This document shows positions 53,243-64,000 of a DNA stretch of 64,000 bases, piece after piece. How positions within the stretch are numbered: the first letter of the stretch is position 1; the number at the start of each line of letters is the position of its first letter. The position numbers were made by a program, and so were the translations under genes. The notes under the pieces are model-generated. The model was not told the origin of the DNA, did no database searches, and saw only the letters and a list, made by a program, of their open reading frames with translations. Origin of the DNA: Chiloscyllium plagiosum (taxonomy: Eukaryota); the NCBI RefSeq assembly GCF_004010195.1, contig NC_057750.1:5544595-5608594 (forward strand), in the 5' to 3' direction.

Positions 53243-53585
53243 GAGTCGTCGAGTTGTGCAGGACGGAAACAGACCCTTTGGTCAGTCTCATCCATGCTGA
53301 CCAGATATCCTAAATTAATCTAGTCCCATTTTCCAGCACTTGGCTCATATCCCTCCAAATCCTTCCTATTCATATATCCATCCAGATGTCTTTTAAAATG
53401 TTGTAATTGTACCAGCCTCCACCACTTCCTCTGGCAGCTCAGTCCTTACACGCACCACCCTCTGCGTGAAAAAATTGTCTCATAGATCCTTTTTAAATCT
53501 TTCCCCTCTCACCATAAACCTATGCCAACTAATTTGGACTGCTCCACACTGAGGAAAAAAACCTATTCATGCCCTTCATGATTTA
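53243..53585 (-). mobile_element. CR1 3' end
   Basis: Reverse complement of the CR1 tail seen at 14330-14683. Confidence 0.8.
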
Positions 53586-55647
53586 ATATTTTTTTTTAAA
53601 ATGAGCAGGAACAGCTTCTCCCTATCTATGCAGACCCCTTATGATTTTGCAAACTGCTATGAGATCTCCTGTCAGCCTTCCTTTCTCCAAGAGAAAATCC
53701 CTAACTTCTTCTGTCTATCCTTATCATTGACGTTTCTCGATTTTTCCAAGTCAGGATGGTGAGGGGCTCGGAGGGGAACTTGCAGGAGGAGGTGTTCCCA
53801 TATGTCTGCTGCCCTTGTCCTTCTGGATGGAAGTGGCCATGGGTTTTGGAAGGTGCTGTCTGATGTTACTTGGGGAGTTGCTGCAGTATGTCTTGCAGAT
53901 GGTACACACTGCTGCTACTGAGTGTCGGTGGCAGAGGCAGTGGGTGTTTGTGGGTGTGGTGCCAATCAAGCGGGGGCTGCTTTGTCCTGGATGGTGTTGA
54001 GCTTCTTGAGTGTTGTTGGAGCTGACCCCATCCAGGGCAAAGTGGGGAGTATTCCATCACCCTCCTGACTCTTGCAGAACAACGTTCTTGCTCCTGTATT
54101 TAAATCCTCTCACTATGAAGACCAACATACCATTTGCCTTCTTCACTGCCTACTTTCAGCAGCTGGTGTACAAGGGACACCGAAATCTTGCTGCAAGCCT
54201 GGAACTATACTTGTACTTCTGTACTCTCTCCAGTGCATACATACGTTTCCGATAATGTGATTCCCACATACTCCACCTCCCTGGAGTTACAAACTCTTTT
54301 TTTAGAAAATAAATAACGAGGGGGACAAAAAAAACAGAAAAGTCCCCTCCTGGAGAGGAGGAGCCTCAGCTAATGAGGATAGATTATGGAACTAGGTCCA
54401 CAAAAGTATCTTATTATCACACTGGCGTTGGTGGGAATGTGCCAAGTACCCATTATAATAGTGACTGCACTTTCTTCATTGGTCATTGAGATGCCAAGGG
54501 ATCTAGTGATCCCCCCATGGCCCTCTAAATGTGATTTTCATTGTACTGTCAGTTATAGGGGATCTCCGATATTGGGCAACAGTGACATCATCAAACAGGC
54601 TAAGCAACCAATCATAATGGCGAATTCCAAAGGACAACTAACCAGGAAGTAACAAATAGGCTTTGCAAGTGTGGGCCCTTTCACTGTTGAGCAGGATCAG
54701 TACCCAGAGCACAAGAATTTCAAAAAGAGTCAGGGGGGAAGATACGGGATACTTTAAAAACAAACACAGCAAAACAGTTAACAAAAGTTTTGATCCTGCT
54801 GCTTGAAAAGGCAATGGGGAAAGATTCAAAACTTCGAAAAAAATGTTGCTATATACAAGCTGTTTACATAAGCATGTAACTTCTAACTCTTAATAACATT
54901 AGATTCATATATGGCAGATGCAGGCTTTAAAAAGCATAATAAAACTCATGCATAAAGTTTTGACACAAACCAGATCATATTTCTAGATTTCAAACTATCC
55001 TTTTTTGCAATACATTGTTGAGTGGGGTTTTTGTAGGACAGTTCACCTCTTCAGCCCCTGTTGTCATTTTCAATCAGTTTCAGCATCATCATCGTAAGTT
55101 TATTAACAATATTACACAATATATTCTTCACCCAGAGGGAGGTGGGGGTCTGGAATGCACTGCCTGGGAGGGTAATTGAAACAGGCATATTCAAAACCTT
55201 TAAAACCTACTTGGATGAACAATTACCATTCAAAGCTATGGACTTAGTGCGGGAAAGTACAACAAATGTAGATAGTAGCATATTTTGGCAGTACAAACTC
55301 GATGGGCTGAAGGGCCTGTACTGTATGATTTTATCATAGAATATTTTATGAGTTACGTGTTCAAATTATATTTAGCTTGCTCATATGTTGCACACATCAA
55401 AAATTATTAATGGTTAAAGTTGCACAAAGATGTTACAAAGGAGCTGTCCTCGATGGAAGGGGCAATAAAATTATGGGATGGTGGTGAGAGAGTAGGGGAT
55501 GTCGGAACAAATTGGACTGCTCTTTTAATGAACTGGCACTCAAAAGATGGGTTGAATGGCTTCCTTCCGTACTGGAAGATCTTCCAAATTAAGTCAATTT
55601 TCCTAACTCCCTGTTCCGAGTTTAGATTAAAACATAAAGGAGAGAGA

Positions 55648-55742
55648 ATTTTAACGTATTCACTCTGGAACATTTTAACGTATGCATTCTGGAACATTTT
55701 AACGTAGGCACTCTAGAGCATTTTAAAGTAGGCACTCTGAGC
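55648..55742. repeat. 24-bp tandem repeat x4 (attttaacgtaggcactctggaac-like)
   Basis: Direct reading; intronic. Confidence 0.85.
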
Positions 55743-55853
55743 TCCAGTGAACAGTGGCTTGGAGACATTGGTTATTCAGATTTTTTTTCATGGTCACGGC
55801 CAGAGTTTGTTGCTGACACAAATTACCCTACAGAAGGTGATGGTCAGCCATCT

Positions 55854-56144
55854 GATTAGATTAGATTAGATTACTTACAGTGTGGAAACATGCCCTTTGG
55901 CCCAACAAGTCCACCCAGACCCATTCCCCTACATTTACCCCTGCACCTAACACTACGGGCAATTTAGCATGGCCAAGTCACCTGACCTGCACATTTTTGG
56001 ACTGTGGGAGCACCCGGAGGAAACCCACGCAGACACGGGGAGAACGTGCAAACTCCACACAGACAGTCGCCTGAGGCGGGAATTGAACTCGGGTCTCTGG
56101 CGCTGTGAGGCAGCAGTGCTAACCACTGTGCCACCGTGCCGCCC
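55854..56144 (-). mobile_element. Young HE1-like SINE
   Basis: (attag)n tail, near-consensus body. Confidence 0.88.
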
Positions 56145-57238
56145 ACGTACTTGGACCACTGCTAACCACTGCAATCTGTCTGGAATGAAAACCAAATGGA
56201 TCTACTTTTCAAAAGGTTCTCCTGCACAGTGGCAACAGCTGAAATTGGCCTCAGTGCCCATAGATTGTGGGTGGTGGGGGTGAGGGAGGTGGTGGGAGTT
56301 GCTTGGCAGGGCAACCCAGGACATCCCCCTTCAAAGGGAGGGAGATTTGAGAATTTGATTGAGGTCAGAATATGGTCAGTCTCTTAGAGTGAGATGTATG
56401 GAAACATCGGATGAAAACACGGCTGATTGTGACGTTCCGAAAGCAATTCCCCCAACAGAAAGGGAAGGTGGGAATGGAGAGCTCACTGTCCTTGCGAAAA
56501 GTGCTGTGGATGCTGCTGGAGCAAATCAGAAAGACTGAGGCCAAAAGAGTCTGGTTGGGCAAGAAATATGGAGCCAAAGTGGGCCAAAGGAGTTATGGTG
56601 GAAGGCAAGCCAGGTCTTATAGATAGGTTTTTGATTGTTAAAGGGATCAAGGGTGACAGGGAGAAAGCAGGAGAAACTTATCAGCAGTGATCGAATGGCG
56701 GAGTAAACTCAATGGGCTGAATGGCCTAATTTCTGCTCCTACGTCTTATGGTCTTGTCGTAAAGGGCTGTCGAGGCTGGGTAATTAAGTATATTCAAGGC
56801 TGAGATAGGTTGTTTATCAGGAAGAGAATCGAGGGGTGATGGGGTAAGGCAGGAAGGCAGAGTTGAGGATTGCCAAATCAGCCATGATCCCATTGAATGG
56901 CAGAGCAGTACTTAAAGAGCTACTTCTGCTGCTCTGTCTTATAGTCTTAGCTTACTGAATTGGCAAATTTAATCTTCCATCTCACTGATATCTGTGCAAA
57001 CAGTCAACTCTTGCAGTAAAGGGGCACGGTGGAGGACATGGAAGTGATTGACTCTTCTGTTCATCAACTGCTCCTTTCCCTCCCCCTCTTTCAACTTGAT
57101 TTTATCGATAGCATCCTCACATCTGGTCATTGGTAACTCAGGGCATGTCTGCTCATGGTGACCACCTACAGAGCCCATTTAATGTAATCCTCTCTCCCTT
57201 CAAGTCATGAACTAAGCAGCTTCCACAACTAAAGTTAC

Positions 57239-57301
57239 CTCGATTCTTGATGGTCTGTTTCATCTGGATAGCTGGTGGGTCCGGCTGAGTAAAACTGGAA
57301 G
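57239..57301 (-). CDS. Rel-family gene, linker exon (63 nt, phase 1/1)
   Basis: tttgtttcaccaacag| (A)SSFTQPDPPAIQMKQTIKNR |gtaact; open in the expected phase. Confidence 0.72.
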
Positions 57302-57943
57302 CTGTTGGTGAAACAAATTGAAAAGCAGAGTCTTAGTCAGGATCAGGAAGCTGAACTGTTAATACATTTGAGTTACTATTGACACCACTGTGTCAGCCAA
57401 TGAGATAGACACAATGGTGGGACTCGGACAATATTGACACCACATCAGCCAATGAGTTGCAGGTGAGATGTTATGGCTTGTCTTAATTTATAAGGTTTAC
57501 AAAAGAAACTGTACAAACAGAGTCTCCCAATTCTTGTGGGATTATTTTGTGGCAGAATGCAAGGGTCAGTTCTGCTTTGATCCAAACTGAACAGCTTAAT
57601 TCTGCTCCCTCTCCCTATACCAATACTGCTTCACCCACTCAGAATCCTAAGGATGGGGTGAGAGTGAGGGGGTAAAACACAACAGCATAACCCCTCTGGT
57701 TGACTAACTTCTGTCCATTCCCCTCACTGCATGGTAATTGCAGGTTGACGGTACAATACAGATTGCAGGTGGTAATTAATGGAAGCCATCTCCAGTCCCC
57801 ATCTGGAATTCCCTCCCAAAATCTCTCCTTCTTTTAGACACTCCTAAAAACGTAGTTCTCTGACAAAGCTTTTGATCATCTCACATCTTCTTTTGTGGCG
57901 AGGTGACCTGTGAAGTGCCTTACACTGTTTTGTTACAATCAAG

Positions 57944-58235
57944 GCGCCAGAGACCCGGGTTCAATTCCCGCCTCAGGCGACTCTCTGTGTGGAGTTTGCA
58001 CATTCTCCCCGTGTCTGTGTGGGTTTCCTCCGGGTGCTCCGGTTTCCTCCCACAATCCAAAAATGTGCAGGTCAGGGTGGATGGGCCATGCTAAATTGTC
58101 CGTAGTGTTAGGTGAAGCGGTAAGTGTAGGAGTATGGGTCTGGGTGGTATACGCTTCGGCGGGTCGGTGTGGACTTGTTGGGCTGAAGGGCCTATTTCCA
58201 CACTGTAAGTAATCTAATCTAATCTAATCTAATCT
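57944..58235 (+). mobile_element. Young 5'-clipped HE1-like SINE
   Basis: Body followed by an (aatct)n tail. Confidence 0.88.
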
Positions 58236-58295
58236 ATATAAATGTGAGTTCTGTTGATGAGCTGTGTAGCCAGGCATGATTCAAGTCAAACTTAC

Positions 58296-58343
58296 CTTGA
58301 TTCTTTAACCGTGTTACTGGTTCTGATGAAGCTAAATTGGATC
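58296..58343 (-). CDS. Rel-family gene, linker micro-exon (48 nt, phase 1/1)
   Basis: tttctttcatttgacag| (G)SNLASSEPVTRLKNQ |gtaagt; strong splice sites, open in the expected phase, unique sequence. Confidence 0.75.
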
Positions 58344-59371
58344 CTGTCAAATGAAAGAAAAAAAAGAAACTTTAAATAGCAGGATCTTATCATTTTGTTG
58401 GAAACCAGGTTTGTTGAACAGTATGGCAGTTTGCTCAGCATTCATTTCTGTCACCTTGGGAAAAGCTTCAGGCTGTCAGGGGTTCAAACCTCACTGTGAC
58501 AACTGAAGGCCCCAGGCTGGGTGGGACATTGCAAGGAGTCACTCGCTGGGATGTCATCTTTTGGAAGTTAGACGTTAAAGCAAGTTTCCTGGCTACAGTT
58601 TCGGATGATAATGGCCCTGGGCTACTTAGTCAAGAACTGGGGGCGCTCCAGCTGTTCTGGTCAAATCCACCCAAACGTTGGCCTTTGACCTGATCTTGGC
58701 CTGTCCAGGGTCACACTTAACAGGTGATAAAAATGTACTTTAAAGAAATTTATTCGAGGGGTGTGGACTTTGCCATCAAGGCTGGTATTTGTTGTCCAAT
58801 CCAAATTGCCCCTTGAATGGACTGGCTTAGCTTGACCAGTCAAGATTTAACTACGTCACTTGGGTCTGGAGTCACGTGTCGGCCAGACTGGTTAAAGATG
58901 GCGGTTTCCTTCTCAAAAGGACATTAGTGAGCCAGGTGGGTTTTTTTTTTAAACAACAGTCAATGGTAGTTTTGTGATCAACATAGCAGAGACAAGCTTG
59001 TGGTCCGGTTTCCTCCCACAGTCCAAAGATGTACAGGTTGGATGGATTGGCCATAGGAATTGCAGGGCCACAGGGATAGGGTTTGTCTGGATGGGATGCT
59101 CTTCGAAGGGTTGGTGTGGATTCGACAGGCCTGCATCCACATTTAAGGATTCTATAATTGCAGATTTGTGAATTAATTAGATTTGAATTCCATGGTGGGA
59201 ATTGAACCCATGTGGCCAGAGGATTAGCTTGGGCCTCTGAATTACTAGTCCCACTATGCCATTAATTCTGACTTCTAAAAGTTCCCTTTCTTCAAAATTC
59301 ATAAGATATGGAGGGTACCAATGGTAAAACCAGCATTTATTGCTCATCCCTAATTGCCCTTGAGAAGGAGA

Positions 59372-60182
59372 GGTGATGGCCTAGTGGTATTATCGCTGAA
59401 CTATTGAGGTAAGGTTCGAGGGACCTGGATTTGAATCCTATGTTGACTGATGGTAAATTTGACTTCAATAAAAATCTGGATATAGGAGTCTAATAATGAC
59501 TGTGAATCTATTGTCGATTATCAGGAAAAACCCATCTGGTTCACTAATTATCTTTAGGGGAGGAAACTGCCATTCTTGTCTGGTCTACATATGACTTCAG
59601 ACCCACAGCGATATGGTTGACTCTTAACTGCCCTCAGGGCAATCAAGGATGGGCAATAAATGCTGGCCCAGCCAGTGATGTCCGCATCCCATCAATGAAT
59701 TAATAAAAGATACATTCTCTGTCATTTCACCCATCACTGTGTAGACCTCCAGGGTTGTATCCCTGTAACATTCTCCCCTTGTGCCACTCTGTGTGCCTTG
59801 GAAAATTCTTCAACTCCCTTGAACTGAAATTGTAATCATTTTTATTAATATTCATTTATGGGATGTGAGTGTCACTGGGTTAGGTCAGCATATATTACCC
59901 ATCCCGAATTGCCCAGACAACAGTTTGAGAGATGACCAAGTCGCTGTGGGTCACATGTAGGCCAGACCAGGCAAGGATGGCAGATTCCCTTTGCTTAAAG
60001 AATATTAGTTCTTACTTTTACAAAACAGTCAAAGATTCCATGGTCGACATTAGGCTAGCTTTGTATTTAAGATGAGTTTTTAATTAATTAAAATTTTGCC
60101 ATCTGCCACAGTGGGATTTGAACCTAAAGCATTAACCGGAGGGCCTGGATTATTAACCCAATGATATTATCACTATGCCACT
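59372..60182. mobile_element. Two copies of a second tRNA-derived SINE family in opposite orientation (59372-59705 +, 59850-60182 -)
   Basis: Head tggcctagtggtatt...gatttgaatcc, body ccatctggttcactaat...agggaaggaaa, LINE-like tail gggcaataaatgctggcc; further copies near 5255, 15430, 32085, 34940 and 43310. Confidence 0.7.
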
Positions 60183-60711
60183 GTAATGTTAAAAGATTAA
60201 ATTGTATTATTTCTCTGGACGTTAATGTAATGTTAAAGGGTTAAACTGTACTGTCTTTCTCCAGAAGCTGAACGTTCTGGAAGTGGGGGTGGTGGGCGCA
60301 ACATTCATGCAGGAATTTGGATGAGTGTCCATTGTAATCCACACTTCATTTGGCCATTTACTACTCTCCTACTGCTATTATCAAATTAAACTCTCAGTCA
60401 GTCCCTTCCATTCAGAAATACTTTCATAGCCAACCCCCAGCCAATCAGATTCGTTTGCGTGATCATCCCCCAATACGGAGGTATTGTCCGGGGAAGTAGC
60501 GGAGCCAGAACTCCTTTGTGGAGCCACCCTGAAGCTAGGACATACCCACGCCTACATCGTCTAGGAGAATCACTGAGTCAGGAAATCGTTTGCATAATGA
60601 TTCCCCAGGATTAGGGCATTTACATTTACATTATCTCCAAGGATGACCTCATCCTACCATTGCACCTGGGGTAACAGGAGGTTATGGGGGCTGGGAGTGG
60701 CCAGAGTACCT

Positions 60712-61005
60712 AGATTAGATTAGATTACATTACAGTGTGGAAACAGGCCCTTCGGCCCAACAAGTCCACACCGACCCGCCGAAGCGCAACCCACCCATAC
60801 CCCTACATTTACCCCTTTAACCTAACACTACGGGCAATTTAGCATGGCCAATTCACCTAACCTGCACATCTTTGGACTGTGGGAGGAAACCGGAGCACCC
60901 GGAGGAAACCCACGTAGACACGGGGAGAACGCCTGAGGCAGGAATTGAACCCAGGTCTCTGGCGCTGTGAGGCAACAGTGCTAACCACTGTGCCACTGTG
61001 CCACC
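60712..61005 (-). mobile_element. Young HE1-like SINE, possible TSD gtacct
   Basis: (attag)n tail; gtacct occurs on both flanks. Confidence 0.85.
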
Positions 61006-61438
61006 GTACCTGTGAGCATTACCAACTGACCTGTATAACAGGGGTGTCTTTCCGTTATTCAAGGCCTCATTTTGGCTCACCTTTGTGTGACCGAAGAATG
61101 TCAAAGGGGTGGGGGGGGAGCTGTCACCTAGCTTGTACAAGCTTTAATAAACTCTAACTGTTTGCAGAAATTGGTCTGTGCGGATTGCATCTCATGCGTG
61201 AAACCTCACGAAAAGAACCTAACACCACCATCTCGCTCCTCTTAACATCACCTATTCTGTTGGCTATACATCACTGCTTCCCTGTTAAACTCCTCAGTGT
61301 CTTCTACTGCACTAAGGGCACAGGAAGAGTGAGATACCACGGATGACACCACAACAATTCCAAATGAACCCATCCATTCAACAGAGCAAAAGCAGACGTG
61401 AATGATTAAATCCAGACAGCACTGAACTCAGGACTCAC

Positions 61439-61504
61439 CCATTAAGGTGTTGATTGAAGGGAATTTGATCTTTCTCGTGCATTTGCTCCGAACTCCATAG
61501 GCAT
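61439..61504 (-). CDS. Rel-family gene, NLS-region exon (66 nt, phase 1/1)
   Basis: ctttctgacag| (D)AYGVRSKCTRKIKFPSINTLM |gtgagt; the DxYG start matches the post-IPT exon of c-Rel/RelB (DTYG/DSYG). Confidence 0.88.
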
Positions 61505-62884
61505 CTGTCAGAAAGCAGAAACAGCAGAGGGTAATCACACAGAACACCTTCCCAGAGTACCACCTTAAAAACTTGCGCATGACCATCCCAAATATTTACA
61601 CTGTGCCCTTCAGCTCAAAGGGTTGACCTGTTGCAATGTGGAAGCCATTGCTTAAGGCAGCAGTGGAGACAAATACAATAATGGCTGCCCAAAGGGCATT
61701 GTGGGTAAATTTAAAACTCAAAACGTTTGCAGGACCATGGGGGCAGGAGCACGAGGGAGTGAAAATCATCCAATAGTGCGACTGGGGAGACAGCACAAGG
61801 GCCCAATGGCCTCCTCGTGTCTATGCAATTCTATAATTGATTTAAACATGCAAGATGCTGAGGAGGCTTGAACATGTAGATGTGAAGAGGATTTTTTTCG
61901 TGGGAGAATCTGGAACAATTTTAAAATAAAGGATTGCCCATTTAAGACATTTTTTCTTTCTCAAAGAAGGTGATGAGTCTTTGGAATTCTCTTCCTGAAA
62001 AGTTGATGGAAGAAGAGCCTTCAAATATTTTAAAGGCAGCAGTGGATCAATTCTTGATAATCGAGTGGATAAACGTTATCGGGGGTAGGTAGGAAGATGG
62101 AGCTGAGGTTACACTCAGATCCACAATAGATCATGGCGGAAACATGGCGGGATCAGTGTGGAAACAGGCCCTTCAGCCCAACAAGTCCACACTGACCCTC
62201 TGAAGAGTATCCCACCCAAACCCATTCCCCTACCTTATTACTTTATATTTAACCCTAACTAACACATCCCTGGGACTCTATGGGGCAATTTAGCATGGCC
62301 AATTCACCCTAACCCACACATCTTTGGACTGTGGGAGGAAACCAGAGCACCCGGAGGAAATCCACACAGACACAGGGAGAATGTCTGTATGAGTTTGCAC
62401 AGTCACCTGACGGTGCAATCGAACCCAATGCTAACCACTGTGCCACCATGGTCTTATTAAATGGTAGCGCAAGCTCGAAGGGCTGGATGGCCTACTCCTA
62501 ACTTGCTTGTTTGTACATACGTATCAGACACATTCAGCACGAGTGGAGCAGTTCGCACATTGGCATCGCTCAAAGTTCTCCTATTGCTGCATCTCTATTC
62601 TACCCCATTAGGTGGTCTGTTGGTGTGGTGGTGGTATCCCTGTCCCTGAGCCAGAGGCTGTGGGTTCGAGTCCCAGCCCAGAGCGTCTTGGCCATGGAAG
62701 AATGTGATGCTGTTAATCAGTCTGCTAATCCTTCCAATCACTGCCCAACAGGGAAGAGAAAGCGAATGTGGGAGGATAGATGCAACAAACAGATTCTATC
62801 GTCGACGTTGCTCTTGACCCAAGCTATCCCGTCCCACACGTTTGTTAACACTCAGGAGTTTGCCAATCTGTTTCGGTACCCTAC

Positions 62885-63100
62885 CATTTAGTTTTGGGAG
62901 GTAACGGAACTCAAAGGACTCGCTGTATTCCTTATCAGAGGGGCGGTACAACTGCAGCCTCACGGTGACGGGTTCCTGGATGTCGATGTCACAATACGGC
63001 GGCGTTTTGAAGACTATGGCGATCTGACGGTGAACATCGGTTTGGGAGAAGACTCCCTTTGCTTCCCAGTTGCCTCTTGAGAAGACGACGGCAATATCTT
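62885..63100 (-). CDS. NF-kB Rel-family transcription factor, IPT/dimerisation-domain exon (216 nt, phase 1/1)
   Basis: Minus strand ctcatgcag| (E)[71 protein letters not shown] |gtaggg; contains the Rel signature [19 protein letters not shown]. Missing from the ORF track. Confidence 0.96.
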
Positions 63101-63301
63101 CTGCATGAGGAAGAGACGATTATTGAAAAGATATGCTTTCTCCCCACCCTCTAGCGTTCACAATTTGACTTTTTTCACATCTCTCCTGTCCCTACCATCC
63201 AACATTTTATAAAAAAAAGCAAAGCTTAGGGGCACTCAGGATGTCATCAAACTATCTCCCTGGGTATAAATTCTGTGTCTTACAATCTTAATCTCCACAA
63301 C

Positions 63302-63336
63302 CACCTGATGAAGGAGCAGCGCTCCGAAAGCTAGTG
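63302..63336 (+). ncRNA. Minimal type-I hammerhead ribozyme motif within a PLE terminal repeat (63265-63424)
   Basis: cac-CTGATGA-a-GGAGC-agc-GCTCC-GAAAGCTA-gtg: intact core, 5-bp stem II, stem I cac/gtg, CUA cleavage triplet. Confidence 0.65.
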
Positions 63337-64000
63337 CTTCCAATTAAACCTGTTGGACTATAACCTGGTGCTGTGTGATTTTTAACTTTGTACACCCCAG
63401 TCCAACACCGGCATCTCCAAATCATTGCTAAGAGATTTACATAGGGTCGGTAGAGGCAGGGAAGGCGGGGAATTATAGAATGTAAGTCCAATATAAGAAG
63501 GGAGAAAGATGAAAGGAGTGAAGTTCTGTGGACATGTTTGTTGACATTACAATAAGGGCCAGTCCATTCAGGGATGGTATCAAGAGGCACTTCTTCACAG
63601 GAAGAGAAGTGGAAATATGGAACTCTCTCCTGCAAAGGGTCAAAGAGAGCAATAGATTTTTGTTTGGGCAAAATATTAAGGTTGATGGAACCGAAACAGA
63701 TAGAGTTAGGATACAGACAAAAAATAGAAATTGCTGGAAAAGCTCAGCAGGTCTGGCAGCATCTGTGGAGAGAAATCAGAGTTAACTGAGTTCTGAGGAA
63801 GGGTCACTGGGCCTGAAACCAGTGCTGCCAGACCTGCTGAGCTTTTCCAGCAATTTCTGTTTTTGTCTCCGATTTACAATCCACAATTCTTCCATGAGTT
63901 AAGATATAGATTGGCTAGGATTTAATTGAATGAATAGCTTTAAGGAGCTGAGTGGCCTTCTCCTGTCCCTGTGTCTCTTTGTAACTCTGCTGCCCATATC

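Noticed and set aside
60546..60665. Possible extra Rel exon (ccccag...GG|gtatgt on the minus strand)
   Set aside because: Stop codons in all three frames.
52517..63100. Assigning the symbol REL or RELB
   Set aside because: Diagnostic residues conflict, synteny fits neither, and the N-terminal exons are outside the window.

Overview
Eukaryotic genomic DNA from a cartilaginous fish, almost certainly a shark (inferred from dense HE1-type V-SINEs with CR1, Rex1, Tx1 and Penelope-type repeats). Two spliced genes face each other tail-to-tail. (1) MRPL28 on the + strand: five coding exons at 1066-11118, all GT-AG, 253 aa. (2) The 3' half of an NF-kB Rel-subfamily gene on the - strand: five phase-1 exons at 63100-52517. 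These encode the IPT/dimerisation domain, a degenerate NLS region, two short linker exons and an acidic transactivation-like tail; the 5' exons lie beyond the window. Its IPT exon mixes RelB-like and c-Rel-like features, and it sits beside MRPL28, where the human genome has no Rel gene, so it is a candidate additional Rel paralog. The ~41 kb between the stop codons is mostly transposon debris. It also holds a ~3.2 kb foldback of inverted ~33-bp minisatellite arrays, many Penelope-derived hairpin elements with minimal hammerhead-ribozyme cores, and a unique island with paired kB sites. Almost all ORFs in the supplied track are repeat-derived noise. Family comparisons are from recalled reference sequences, not database searches.
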